In this document: piece by piece, positions 1 through 9,558 of the stretch
Layout: each line of letters opens with the position of its first letter
Position numbering within the stretch: the stretch's first letter is position 1
Assembly (NCBI GenBank): GCA_017427285.1
Contig: JAFRTE010000007.1
Coordinates: forward strand, 134,035-198,034
Reading direction: 5' to 3'
Length of the DNA: 64,000 bases
Source: Clostridia bacterium
GTDB taxonomy: Bacteria > Bacillota > Clostridia > Oscillospirales > UBA644
Translations under genes and position numbers: made by a program
The notes under the pieces: generated by a model
What the model was told of the DNA's origin: nothing
The model's database searches: none
What the model saw: only the letters and a program-made list of their open reading frames with translations

Positions 1-848
1 CAGGCGTAGGAAGCACAGATATGGCGGCTGCAATGGCAACGGGGAAAGCGTGGTTTAAAGTCCCCTCCGCAATTAAAATCGAACTTTGCGGTTCCCTTCC
101 GAAAAATACAAGCGGAAAAGACGTCATACTTACGATAATCGGAATGATCGGGGTAGACGGTGCGCTTTATAAAAGTATGGAATTTTGCGGCGAAGGCATA
201 TCTTCCCTTTCAATGGACGACCGTTTGTGTATCTGCAATATGGCGATAGAGGCCGGAGCAAAAAACGGTATTTTCCCGGTTGACGGCAATACGCTTTCCT
301 ATCTGGAAAACAGAGCGGAGAGAAAGCCCGTTATTTATGAAGCCGACAGCGATGCGGAATATGAAAAAACGGTAAAAATCAATCTTTCAGATATCGTTCC
401 CACGGTAAGCTGTCCGCATTTGCCCGAAAACACAAAACCGGCAAGCGAACTTTCTGATATCAAAATCGATCAGGTCTTTATAGGCAGCTGCACGAACGGC
501 AGAATGGAAGACATGACGGCGGCTTACGAAATACTTAAAGGTAAAAAGGTAAAAGAAGGCGTAAGATGCATAATCATCCCCGCAACAATGCAGATAATGC
601 GCGAATGCATAGAAAAAGGATACGTTACGGCGTTTATAGACGCGGGAGCAGTCGTATCGACCCCGACGTGCGGTCCGTGTCTCGGCGGGTATATGGGTAT
701 TCTTGCCGAGGGTGAAAGATGCGTTGCGACAACAAACAGAAATTTTGTTGGAAGAATGGGACATCCTTTAAGCGAGGTTTACCTTGCATCGCCTCAGACA
801 GCCGCCGCAAGCGCCCTGACGGGATATATAACCGAATATAAAGATTAA
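1..848 (+). CDS. leuC: 3-isopropylmalate dehydratase large subunit, C-terminal part (5' end outside window)
   Basis: Frame is open to the window edge. Aconitase-family motifs IGSCTNGR and [10 protein letters not shown] are present. Followed by leuD and leuB. Confidence 0.9.
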   Translation, partial: GVGSTDMAAAMATGKAWFKVPSAIKIELCGSLPKNTSGKDVILTIIGMIGVDGALYKSMEFCGEGISSLSMDDRLCICNMAIEAGAKNGIFPVDGNTLSYLENRAERKPVIYEADSDAEYEKTVKINLSDIVPTVSCPHLPENTKPASELSDIKIDQVFIGSCTNGRMEDMTAAYEILKGKKVKEGVRCIIIPATMQIMRECIEKGYVTAFIDAGAVVSTPTCGPCLGGYMGILAEGERCVATTNRNFVGRMGHPLSEVYLASPQTAAASALTGYITEYKD

Positions 849-881
849 CCGCTTTTACAGTAATTTTGAAAGGATAACCGT

Positions 882-1382
882 ATGCAGACTGAAGGAAAAG
901 TTTTCAAATATCGGGATAACGTTGATACCGACGTTATAATCCCGGCACGTTATTTAAACACTTCCGACCCCAAGGAACTTGCCGCGCACTGCATGGAAGA
1001 TATCGACCGGGAATTTGTTAAAAAAGTCTCCAAAGGAGATATCATCGTTGCTGGATACAATTTCGGCTGCGGTTCTTCAAGAGAGCATGCGCCGCTCGCC
1101 ATATCAACTTGCGGAGTTGGCTGCGTGATAGCCAAAAGTTTTGCGAGGATTTTTTTCCGCAATGCAATAAACATCGGTCTGCCCATACTCGAATGCCCGG
1201 AAGCTGCGGAAGAAATCAGCGCGGGAGACACCGTAAACATAAATTTCGATACCGGATCGATAACAAATCTGACGACGGGCAAAAAATACAAAGCGCAGCC
1301 CTTCCCTCCTTTTATTCAGAACATAATAAAAAGCGGCGGGCTCCTTGCATCTATAAAGGAAAGAGATGAAAGCGATGAATAA
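882..1382 (+). CDS. leuD: 3-isopropylmalate dehydratase small subunit
   Basis: 166 aa with the [10 protein letters not shown] motif of the aconitase swivel domain. Lies between leuC and leuB. Confidence 0.9.
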   Translation: MQTEGKVFKYRDNVDTDVIIPARYLNTSDPKELAAHCMEDIDREFVKKVSKGDIIVAGYNFGCGSSREHAPLAISTCGVGCVIAKSFARIFFRNAINIGLPILECPEAAEEISAGDTVNINFDTGSITNLTTGKKYKAQPFPPFIQNIIKSGGLLASIKERDESDE

Positions 1383-2466
1383 GAAGATAGCGGTCATACG
1401 CGGAGACGGAATAGGTCCCGAAATAATAAATCAGACGCTGAATATACTTGATAAAATCGCAGAAAAATACGGGCATGTTTTCTCCTATTCGGACGTTGAC
1501 ATGGGCGGTATTGCCATTGACAGATGGGGAGAACCTCTTCCGGATAAGATGCTTGATATCTGCAAAGAGAGCGACAGCGTTCTTCTCGGCGCAGTCGGAG
1601 GAGAAAAATGGAATTCCGTTCCCGGTCATCTTCGTCCGGAAAAAGGTCTTCTGAAGCTTAGGGCGGGAATGGGCGCATACAGCAACAACAGACCTGCAAA
1701 AATCTGGCCGCAGCTCGCCTCTGCCTCTCCGTTAAGAAAAGAAATAGTCGATAAAGGAATAGATTTTATTATCGTCAGAGAGCTTATAGGCGGAGTATAT
1801 TTCGGCGAACACCGCTCGGAGACGGTTAACGGAACGAGATATGCCTCCGACCTGATGATCTATTCCGAAAAAGAGATAGAGAGAATTTGCAGGATAGGTT
1901 TTGAAACCGCGAGAAAGCGTCGCAAAACGCTTTGTTCAGTTGAAAAGAGCAACGTGCTCGACTCAAGCCGCCTGTGGAAAAAAGTTGTTCATGAAATCGC
2001 GTCGGACTATCCAGACGTTATGCTTTCGGACATGCTTGTTGATAACTGCGCTATGCAGATAGTAAAAGATCCGTCGCAGTTTGACGTTATAGTAACTGAA
2101 AACATGTTCGGAGATATACTTTCTGATGAAGCTTCAATGATCACCGGCTCAATTGGAATGATTCCCTCTTCAAGTCTCGGAGACGGAACAAAGGGCGTTT
2201 ACGAACCGATACACGGTTCCGCGCCGGATATTGCGGGGAGAGATCTTGCAAACCCCATAGGAACTATTCTTTCGGCGGCTATGATGCTGAAATACAGCTT
2301 CGGGATGATCGATGAAGCGGACAGCATAGAGAATGCCGTTTCAGATTACCTTGACGCAGGATATAGGACAGCTGATATCATGCCGCGAACCGACGAAGAA
2401 AGAAAAAACTGCATTTTTGTAGGTTGCAGCGAATGCGGCAAACTAATTGCAGACCTTATAAAATAA
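1366..2466 (+). CDS. leuB: 3-isopropylmalate dehydrogenase
   Basis: 366 aa with [23 protein letters not shown] and HGSAPDIAG motifs. An alternative start at 1375 is possible. Overlaps the end of leuD. Confidence 0.92.
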   Translation: MKAMNKKIAVIRGDGIGPEIINQTLNILDKIAEKYGHVFSYSDVDMGGIAIDRWGEPLPDKMLDICKESDSVLLGAVGGEKWNSVPGHLRPEKGLLKLRAGMGAYSNNRPAKIWPQLASASPLRKEIVDKGIDFIIVRELIGGVYFGEHRSETVNGTRYASDLMIYSEKEIERICRIGFETARKRRKTLCSVEKSNVLDSSRLWKKVVHEIASDYPDVMLSDMLVDNCAMQIVKDPSQFDVIVTENMFGDILSDEASMITGSIGMIPSSSLGDGTKGVYEPIHGSAPDIAGRDLANPIGTILSAAMMLKYSFGMIDEADSIENAVSDYLDAGYRTADIMPRTDEERKNCIFVGCSECGKLIADLIK

Positions 2467-2487
2467 AATCGCACCGAATAAACAGAG

Positions 2488-2520
2488 ATCGGCACGCCTT
2501 TAAAGCGTGCCGATTTTTTG
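2488..2520. terminator. Bidirectional intrinsic terminator between convergent leuB and the htrA-like gene
   Basis: Perfect 10-bp stem ATCGGCACGC / GCGTGCCGAT followed by a T-run. Confidence 0.7.
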
Positions 2521-2532
2521 TATGTAAAAAAA

Positions 2533-3792
2533 TTATCTGCCTCTGTCTTCCATAAGTTTGAGATTTGTGCTGTAATACTCTCCGTTACGGTATGCGGTAA
2601 CTTTAATGATATCCCCTACTTTATGAGATGCGTTGGCTGCCTGAATATCGGCCATTGTTTCTACGTGTTCGCCGTCTATTTCGGTTATAATATCGTTAAC
2701 CTGAATACCTGCAAGATCAGCCCCGCTGTTTTCTTCAACGTTTGTAACTATAACGCCCTGGGGAACGCCGTAATATCTTGAAATTGAAGCGGAAACGGTG
2801 CTGCCCGAGATCCCGGTCGCAGGACGGTCTTTGACATATCCGAATTCAACGAGATTTGAGATGATCGGCGACGCGTAATCTATGGGGATAGCAAAGCCCA
2901 GGCCCTCGACCTCGGTGTCTGATACTTTCAAAGTAGTAATCCCTACAACTTCTCCGTTTGTGTTTACGAGAGCTCCGCCCGAATTGCCCGGATTGATCGC
3001 GGCATCGGTCTGAATCATTGAATCTGCGGTGTTTTCCTTATCGATCGTTCTGTCTACGGCGGAGACAATGCCGAGAGTCACGCTTCCTGCGAACTCTATA
3101 CCGAGAGGATTGCCTATTGCGAGAACGACAGCGCCTACTTTAAGATCGGACGATTTTCCGAATTTTGCGGGCACAAGAGTGTCATCCGACTCTATTTTAA
3201 TGATCGCGAGGTCGTTGTTTTTGTCGCCTCCGATAAATTCTGCGGGAAATTCACGTCCGTCAGACAATGTTACGTCGATCGTTACGTTTTCGTAGCTGTC
3301 ATAATAAGAAACGACATGATAGTTTGTAATGATATATCCTTCGGTGTTATAAATTATTCCGGAACCGGTTGAGGTGACTCCGCCGACGGTATAGTAGAAA
3401 AAGCCGCTTTGGTATCTTGTGGAAGGAACGCTTACAGTTATTGTAACTATTGACGGTTTGACGGTTTCGGAGATTTCTTCGATACCTGTTTCGCTCAAAG
3501 TTGAAATGCCCATATATACAGAGGAAGACGGCTCTGACTGTGTATTTTTGAGATTTTCAACGGAAGATTTGAGTTCGTCAACCGTTTTTTGAAGCTCTTC
3601 TATCTGTTTTTGATAGTTTTCCTCAGTTTCGGAACGGACTTCTCCGCCGTCGGAAACATCTTCGTTTATATTTTGAGATAAGAGTATAAATACGCCGACA
3701 GCTGCCGCGACGCACAAGATCATCATCAGCAGAACGCATGCGAGAGCGAGTCCTCCGCGGTTTTTCGGCTTTGAATTATTTTCGCTGTACAT
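2533..3792 (-). CDS. htrA: HtrA/DegP-family trypsin-like serine protease with N-terminal membrane anchor and C-terminal PDZ domain
   Basis: 419 aa. N-terminal TM helix, catalytic triad context (TNYHVV, NDLAIIKI, GNSGGALV) and a PDZ-like C-terminus. Confidence 0.85.
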   Translation of the reverse strand: MYSENNSKPKNRGGLALACVLLMMILCVAAAVGVFILLSQNINEDVSDGGEVRSETEENYQKQIEELQKTVDELKSSVENLKNTQSEPSSSVYMGISTLSETGIEEISETVKPSIVTITVSVPSTRYQSGFFYYTVGGVTSTGSGIIYNTEGYIITNYHVVSYYDSYENVTIDVTLSDGREFPAEFIGGDKNNDLAIIKIESDDTLVPAKFGKSSDLKVGAVVLAIGNPLGIEFAGSVTLGIVSAVDRTIDKENTADSMIQTDAAINPGNSGGALVNTNGEVVGITTLKVSDTEVEGLGFAIPIDYASPIISNLVEFGYVKDRPATGISGSTVSASISRYYGVPQGVIVTNVEENSGADLAGIQVNDIITEIDGEHVETMADIQAANASHKVGDIIKVTAYRNGEYYSTNLKLMEDRGR

Positions 3793-3914
3793 TTAATAAC
3801 TGCCTCCGGGGAACAAATTGAAAATTACATTTATGATTAAAATATACATCAATAAAATGGTAAATAAACAAATAAACAAGGGTAAAATTATGTCAAATAT
3901 ACGGGATTAAAACG

Positions 3915-5036
3915 TTATATTACTAGGTTTTGCATTTTATCGCAGTAATATTTGACGTTGTCCCACTTTGCATCGGGCGCAATCCTGTGGTCGGGACATG
4001 GAATATACCCGCCGAGGTCGATAAGGCGCTTAAGTCTTTCTATTTCCTTATCTACAGCGGAATAGTCATGAGCAAATACGCGTTTATCCATTCCGCCTAC
4101 GCCGCGGACATAGTTTCCGTATTGCTTTCTCCACGGTTCGATGCTTGCCTGCCATGTACCGACTTCGATCGGGAACATTGTATTAACTCCGCCTTTGAGC
4201 CAGATGGGGACGAGCTTGTCTATACATCCGTCGCAGTCTAGAGAAATGATATCGACGCCGTGTTCGAAAAGCAAGTCGGAAATCTTTCTGTAATGAGGAA
4301 GAACGTATTCTTCAAAGACGTCGGGGTTTACGAGCGGTCCGTTTTTAAAACAGATATCTTCCCAGTAATGGCAGAAATCGACCTTAACGCCCGTTGAAAA
4401 TACTGCTTTGGCGTTTTCATAGGCAATATTTGCGATCGTATCGATTATTTCAACAAAAAGGTCTTCGTCATCCGCCTGAAGGTATGCGAGATTTTCAACG
4501 CCGAGCATATCGCGGATACAGCCGTAAAGACTACCAACGTGATATCCGACGGGACGGTCGGTAATGCTGTCAAACTCCTGTTTTTTTGCTTCTATCGCTT
4601 TAAGGTCATACCGTTTTTCGGATGGCTGAAGTTTGGGAAGATAAAGCTCTTCCCACGCCTTTCTGTCTTCAAGCAAAGTGCCGATGGTTGCGGGAATAGA
4701 CGATACTCCGCGCTTTAATTTTTCGATAAGTCCGTTTCCGTTCTGAGAGATTATCCAACCATCGCCAAGATCCTGAATGACCTTGCTTTCAAACGACGGC
4801 ATAAGCCCGGTATGAGAGGAAAACATCGCAGACCATGCAAAATCAAATCCGAGCTTTTCACATATTTCCTTGCAGGAACCGCCGTTATCCCAGTAATGAG
4901 TTGCCTCCCATTCGGTTAAATAGCCCTCTTCTTTCCATTTGGTGAGTGTTTCGCCCCAGAAACCGAAGTGGACGACGGGCATTTTATCATAGTTTTGATA
5001 ATGCAAAATAGCATTTACTCTTTCGCGTGAATTCAT
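3915..5036 (-). CDS. Uroporphyrinogen decarboxylase (URO-D)-family protein
   Basis: About 373 aa. The N-terminus RERVNAILHYQNYDKMPV and overall length resemble URO-D/MtaA-like proteins, judged from memory. Start 5036 is preferred because GAGG lies 6 nt upstream; the ORF-track start is 5048. Confidence 0.55.
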   Translation of the reverse strand: MNSRERVNAILHYQNYDKMPVVHFGFWGETLTKWKEEGYLTEWEATHYWDNGGSCKEICEKLGFDFAWSAMFSSHTGLMPSFESKVIQDLGDGWIISQNGNGLIEKLKRGVSSIPATIGTLLEDRKAWEELYLPKLQPSEKRYDLKAIEAKKQEFDSITDRPVGYHVGSLYGCIRDMLGVENLAYLQADDEDLFVEIIDTIANIAYENAKAVFSTGVKVDFCHYWEDICFKNGPLVNPDVFEEYVLPHYRKISDLLFEHGVDIISLDCDGCIDKLVPIWLKGGVNTMFPIEVGTWQASIEPWRKQYGNYVRGVGGMDKRVFAHDYSAVDKEIERLKRLIDLGGYIPCPDHRIAPDAKWDNVKYYCDKMQNLVI

Positions 5037-5193
5037 ATGTGACCTCATAATTATGATTTCTTTTTTTTATATTATAAAAGTTAACGAAGGATTTGTCAAG
5101 TGTTTTCGGGAACTTATTATCAATAATTTTGTTTTAACTTATTTTTTGAGCAAAAAGAAGCTCAAATAAATTATGAAAAATCTGTAAACACTC

Positions 5194-5222
5194 TTGAAAG
5201 TTTAAAAAGATTATGCTATAAT
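5194..5222 (+). promoter_or_regulatory. Sigma-A type promoter of tRNA-Pro
   Basis: TTGAAA, 17-nt spacer, TATAAT, located about 25 nt upstream of the tRNA. Confidence 0.6.
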
Positions 5223-5247
5223 ATCCAAGCTTAACAGAAAAAAGCAT

Positions 5248-5323
5248 CGGGGTGTAGCGCAGATGGTAGCGCGCTTGGTTCGGGACCAAGAGGTCGCAAG
5301 TTCAAATCTTGTCACTCCGACCA
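5248..5323 (+). tRNA. tRNA-Pro (anticodon CGG), CCA encoded
   Basis: Cloverleaf folded by hand. Acceptor CGGGGTG/CACTCCG, anticodon stem CTTGG/CCAAG with loop TTCGGGA, T-loop TTCAAAT, 3' ACCA. Confidence 0.9.
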
Positions 5324-5334
5324 TGTTTGGCGGT

Positions 5335-5436
5335 CTAAATAGATCGCCCCCTGAAAATCGGCGTTTTTCGCCGATTTTCTTCGTTTTTTCTCCGTTTTTC
5401 TCGCTTTTTCATTTTTCAAAAAACTGGTGAGTTTCA
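5335..5436. repeat. About 100-nt tRNA-downstream repeat, copy 1 (copy 2 at 13909-14009)
   Basis: Aligned by eye to 13909-14009 with only a few substitutions or indels. Includes the terminator hairpin and a T-rich tail. Confidence 0.8.
5354..5385 (+). terminator. Intrinsic terminator downstream of tRNA-Pro
   Basis: Stem AAAATCGGCG, loop ttttt, stem CGCCGATTTT (10 bp), followed by T-rich sequence. Confidence 0.7.
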
Positions 5437-5644
5437 TAGATCGGCTGGGTCATTTCGGGCACCATGAGAGGATACGAACCTTTTTCACGATGTTCTGAAC
5501 TACCCGATCATGGCCATCAAAACCCGCATTTTCCACATCTACCCCTACCAGCTTCACCAAACAATTCAAAACCCAATACATTTTTTTAGCCAACTGAATC
5601 AAAAACTCAGAAATATCGATTTTTTCGAAGGCAAATCCTGCAGA

Positions 5645-6016
5645 TTACTCTGCAAATAAGACATCGCCGTTTTCCAACCTTCCCCATAGGATTCCGTCGG
5701 GACATGTCAGACCGATTTCAATGACATTCGACCATTCCGATACTTTGTCGGCGAAACTGCAGCCACAATCGGAGGGGACAAGTACAGCGCCGTTTTTAGA
5801 TAATGCTATCGGATATTGATCAGTATAAACATCTATAACAATTGCATACAGGACATCATGCCAGTTTTCAATTTCTGATATGTCATGCATATAATCGCCC
5901 GCAACGAAAACTCTGCCTTCATTATCAACGCCTACTGTTATACCTGCTCCATCTGTACGATTTGTATCTATAAAAACTATATCTGACCATAAAGAAGTAT
6001 ACTGGGTATTGCCTGC
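5645..6016 (-). pseudogene. 5'-truncated paralogue fragment of the adjacent 6274-7509 lipoprotein gene
   Basis: The frame is open from the TAG at 6017-6019. The peptide YTSLWSDIVFIDTNRTDGAGITVGVDNEGRVFVAGDYMHDISEIENWHDV aligns with SIWENIKWISIDSMSHSTITGVNKDGTVLIAGEYNHDKAIIESWTDV of the neighbour. It has no signal peptide or N-terminal region. Confidence 0.7.
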
Positions 6017-6273
6017 CTACATAACCTGATCGTCTTTGTAGATCATTAGGCAGGGGCGAAGCAAGGCGTAAGCAAAAAAGAAAGGAAGGATGCATCATTG
6101 AAAATGACAAGACACAACGGAAGGTCGGGAATGCATGGGACGTATAATCCAACACATAATGACTGACTAATGACCGACATTTCAGGCGGTCTCAAATCAA
6201 AATCAACACCTAGATTGTTTTTTCTGAGTTACGAATTGCCTGTGAACCACAGTAATATACAGATTTAGTACGG

Positions 6274-7509
6274 TTAGTTGAATTTAAAGTGATATTCATC
6301 GATTTTATCGTCTATTATTATTAATGTTCCGTCTCGTTGAATAATGAACATACCTCCATAAGCTGCGAAACCGATTTCAACAACATCAGTCAACCCGTTT
6401 ATATATTCACAAAATCTCCATCCGCAGTCATCAGGAACAAGTATATTCCCCGTATTAGTCAAAGCAACCGGGAATTCTTCAAAAAGTCTGTTCATTGTTA
6501 TTGTATAAGCAACATCCGTCCATGATTCAATTATGGCTTTATCGTGATTGTATTCCCCCGCAATCAATACAGTCCCATCTTTGTTTACTCCGGTTATTGT
6601 TGAGTGGCTCATCGAATCAATAGATATCCATTTTATATTTTCCCATATTGATACCTCCGAGGACAAGCTGGTATCTACCGGAATACCGCTTTGAATATTC
6701 TGGTCAGTCACCGTTCCATCTCTAAACAGATAGGTTGCATCATCCAGTGTCTGTGCAACTTGTAATACATTTTGATTTGTTTTTGTGCTATCCTGCTCGA
6801 AATAACTGCAGCGGAAACAGTCTCCAGCTTCAGTAACAACGTACACATAGCCCCAGTGTCTGGTTCCGGTGTCTCCCGTAACTGCAACATAAGCCCGAAC
6901 AATTCTAGACTGGCTGTTAATGATGTTTAAATAGTTCATCAAAGCAGAATAATCCTCGTCAACTTTAGTCCCTTCTTCCGGACTATCATGAAAGTATAAG
7001 ATATCAAATCGTTCCTGTGCTGTTGCATCATCGTACAACTGAACTCGTATCACTATATCATCCCTGAACACAAGGATATTTGACTGAAAAAAAACAAAGC
7101 AATTAATGGAGTCATTCCATTCTGTGCTGTTTAGATGATATGTATCATAAACTCTGCGATACAATTCATCCTTGTCAAATCCGCTGAACTGAAGTTTTCC
7201 GTTTTGTAACGTTATCATGTAAACCGAAGAGCGATCAGAAGACACACGCACATAAGATGTACCGGGAGGGGAAACGGTTTTTTCGGTTTGAATTATTTCA
7301 GTAGTATAGTCATTGTTCTGGATATTATTGGTGGGATCATTATTAATATCATCGTTTTCATGTCCGCTTGTTTCATGATTTGGTATAACAGTGGATGAAG
7401 TAGAATCAATCGGGTCGTCTGCACTGGATTCATATTCTTCTTTGGCATTCACGCATGCGGATAAAGCAAAGAGCAGAGTACAGAATAATAATATTATGCG
7501 TATTCTCAT
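6274..7509 (-). CDS. Secreted lipoprotein of unknown function
   Basis: AGGTGA SD lies 5 nt before the ATG at 7509. The signal peptide MRIRIILLFCTLLFALSAC contains a lipobox. The ORF-track start is 7539. Confidence 0.75.
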   Translation of the reverse strand: MRIRIILLFCTLLFALSACVNAKEEYESSADDPIDSTSSTVIPNHETSGHENDDINNDPTNNIQNNDYTTEIIQTEKTVSPPGTSYVRVSSDRSSVYMITLQNGKLQFSGFDKDELYRRVYDTYHLNSTEWNDSINCFVFFQSNILVFRDDIVIRVQLYDDATAQERFDILYFHDSPEEGTKVDEDYSALMNYLNIINSQSRIVRAYVAVTGDTGTRHWGYVYVVTEAGDCFRCSYFEQDSTKTNQNVLQVAQTLDDATYLFRDGTVTDQNIQSGIPVDTSLSSEVSIWENIKWISIDSMSHSTITGVNKDGTVLIAGEYNHDKAIIESWTDVAYTITMNRLFEEFPVALTNTGNILVPDDCGWRFCEYINGLTDVVEIGFAAYGGMFIIQRDGTLIIIDDKIDEYHFKFN

Positions 7510-7535
7510 TGCATTCACCTTTCTTCCGTCTTGTC

Positions 7536-8498
7536 TCAATCAATCGTTATATATTTTGTAATTTCACTGAATTTCATAGGATCAGATGATGATGTTATAT
7601 ATGTTGAAAGAAGCTTACGATATCGTGCTGATTTATTATTTGACCATGAATCGTAAACATAATATGATCCATCCTCATAAGTCACAACAAGGGCATGATC
7701 TGAACCAACAAGTATAATACCTTGAGGACGAGAAGACAGTGATGAACCGATTAAAGAAATTAAATCATTGTAGTTTGATACCGAGATATTGTGACTGGTT
7801 GTTGAAAATGTACTTCCTGTTGGTTTTACAAAATAGCTTGTAAGTGTGCTATAGCTTGAAACCCTGGGAGACCAGGCACTTGAATAATTGTTGTAAAAAC
7901 GTGAATATGTATTACTGTATGTTATAGTGCTACCGCTAAGAGTGTTGTTTATTAGAAACGTTACGAATGGATCTGGCGATAAGCGACCAACATAATTATA
8001 ATCAGACCATGATGGGGTTATCCTGAAATCATACATGTTGCTATATGTTTCTGCCTGCATATTGGCAAGAACCATTGCGAAAGAGGCTATCACACATCCA
8101 GATGACATTACACACGGATTGGAATAAATACTGGTAACAAATGGCAAATCATCATTCTGAATCGGTTGCACCTCGAGTTTATATAGTTCATCAAGTTTAT
8201 TTGTATTCCAAATAAAAGTACCATCAGAAGTGGAACCTTTGGACTGTGGAAACCATGCTTTCGATGGCGTTATTGATGTCGTTGCATTATATGAATTCCC
8301 AGTACTCCCAGAAATTGTTGTAATTTTCATATAGTAGTAATATCCACTGGTAACAGAGACAACGCATCTTTCATCTGTATACGACGTATTTGTACTTGAT
8401 GACAGTAAAACAGACGTTCCCGTTGCAGGAATATATCTGTAAACATATAAATCCAGGTTCGTTCCAGAATAATTAGGGACACGAAGCAGAAAATTCAT
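7536..8498 (-). CDS. PPC (pre-peptidase C-terminal)-like domain plus C39-like/papain-fold cysteine peptidase domain; downstream part of a TAA-interrupted reading frame
   Basis: DTDYYLF...LDLYVYRY...GYYYYMKI matches a PPC-like pattern. SGCVIASFAMVLANM and GSDHALVV are candidate Cys and His sites. The same frame stays open upstream to 8663. Confidence 0.6.
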   Translation of the reverse strand: MNFLLRVPNYSGTNLDLYVYRYIPATGTSVLLSSSTNTSYTDERCVVSVTSGYYYYMKITTISGSTGNSYNATTSITPSKAWFPQSKGSTSDGTFIWNTNKLDELYKLEVQPIQNDDLPFVTSIYSNPCVMSSGCVIASFAMVLANMQAETYSNMYDFRITPSWSDYNYVGRLSPDPFVTFLINNTLSGSTITYSNTYSRFYNNYSSAWSPRVSSYSTLTSYFVKPTGSTFSTTSHNISVSNYNDLISLIGSSLSSRPQGIILVGSDHALVVTYEDGSYYVYDSWSNNKSARYRKLLSTYITSSSDPMKFSEITKYITID

Positions 8499-8663
8499 AT
8501 AGCCGGTATCACTCGCTTGAAACAGATAGTAATCTGTATCCGTCGTACTATGAACTGTTCCTAGTATTATAGCGCCGATACCTACAAGATTAAACTGGTT
8601 AGTACCCGGACCCGTGCTGTCGGTGCTTTCCGTATAATACGAGGATGATCCTGTACTTCTGTC

Positions 8664-9209
8664 TTAATATAAACATGTTATATCATCAAAAGATGAATCG
8701 ACGTATAAAGCATTATCGACATCAAAGGAAACACCCAAATTACCAATATAATATTTTGTGTCTTTTGATGATTCGTCGGTCATTGTTACATTAATAGTAT
8801 ATTTCCTGTCAGGTTTGATATTGTCTAAAGAAATCATGCTATCTAATGATGATTCAATGATGCGTGTGCTTTCTGTCGGATCCTCATCGCATGTAATTAT
8901 ATACTCTGAACGAATTGTATTATCTCCAGTCTTTGATAAACCAGCAAATGTTGTTGCAAAAGGTTCTATATTGATTGTTACGCCATTTTCTGTGATGTTT
9001 TGTTTTGCTGTTCCACATAGAGACAAATCACGCAACTGTTTGTTGTAATTTTCCATGTTTTGAATTTGAACTGAAAACGACTCCGAGACTTCAACTGTAT
9101 CATTTTCTGTTTCGGCGTTTGTGCTGAAGCAATCGTAAAGCGGGACAATGGAGTATATCAGGCAGCAAACAACTAACCAAGATAATAGTTTAAAGAAATG
9201 ATTTTTCAT
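8664..9209 (-). CDS. Signal-peptide-bearing N-terminal part of the interrupted secreted protein
   Basis: GAGGTTGG SD precedes the ATG at 9209. Signal peptide MKNHFFKLLSWLVVCCLIYSIV. Ends at TAA 8664-8666, in frame with the next ORF. Confidence 0.6.
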   Translation of the reverse strand: MKNHFFKLLSWLVVCCLIYSIVPLYDCFSTNAETENDTVEVSESFSVQIQNMENYNKQLRDLSLCGTAKQNITENGVTINIEPFATTFAGLSKTGDNTIRSEYIITCDEDPTESTRIIESSLDSMISLDNIKPDRKYTINVTMTDESSKDTKYYIGNLGVSFDVDNALYVDSSFDDITCLY

Positions 9210-9428
9210 CGATAACCAACCTCTATCTATAATTATATTTGATATCATCATGATACCATTTAAAGTTTTGTTTGTCAATATGTTTTATGTAAGATGCACT
9301 TTTGGAAATGTAAGTTGCATGAATTGGTGTAAAATAATTCTGTGAAAAATAATCAGAGATCTTTTAAGACCGCTCGCATTTGATGAAAAACAATCGAACG
9401 GTTTTAAAAGATCGGTTTTTTGCTGAAT

Positions 9429-9454
9429 CCGATCTAAAACGGCCGCACGCCACA
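9429..9454. repeat. 26-nt dispersed motif CCGATCTAAAACGGCCGCACGCCACA, copy 1
   Basis: 25 of 26 nt are identical to 15309-15334. Both copies sit just 5' of a long hairpin. Confidence 0.75.
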
Positions 9455-9492
9455 TTGAAAAATCCTCGTCGAAAGACGAGGATTTTTCAATG
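9455..9492. terminator. Perfect 16-bp hairpin (terminator-like)
   Basis: TTGAAAAATCCTCGTC, loop gaaa, GACGAGGATTTTTCAA. Confidence 0.5.
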
Positions 9493-9532
9493 ATACGGTT
9501 GCGTTTAAGAGTAAGAAACACATTATTTTACA

Positions 9533-9558
9533 AAACGGATTCCTTACGGAATCCGTTT
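9533..9558. terminator. Hairpin terminator just downstream of the 9564-11168 gene
   Basis: AAACGGATTCC, loop ttac, GGAATCCGTTT, with flanking A and T runs. Confidence 0.55.

Noticed and set aside
5462-5513. tRNA-like fragment on the minus strand (CCATGA...GGTTCGTATCC...TCATGG) that might mark an att site next to tRNA-Pro.
   Set aside because: Only a 6-bp terminal pairing and a weak T-loop-like GGTTCGTATCC are present. There is no anticodon arm, and the sequence is not a duplicate of the tRNA-Pro 3' end.
6104-6166. 20-codon plus-strand ORF (MTRHNGRSGMHGTYNPTHND) with a GGAAGG SD inside the degenerate spacer. It vaguely recalls the N-termini of mobilisation proteins.
   Set aside because: It is far too short and ends in a stop. 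The similarity is only a recollection and cannot be verified without a search. At most it is a remnant.
9429-9454. The reverse strand of the 26-nt motif reads ...GGCCGTTTTAGATCGG, which superficially resembles a CRISPR repeat.
   Set aside because: There are only two copies, 5.9 kb apart, with no regular spacer-repeat array and no cas genes in the window.
9285-9521. 78-aa minus-strand ORF in the 9.28-9.56 kb spacer.
   Set aside because: It spans two hairpins and the 26-nt repeat, and has no SD. It is most likely non-coding 3'/5' UTR.
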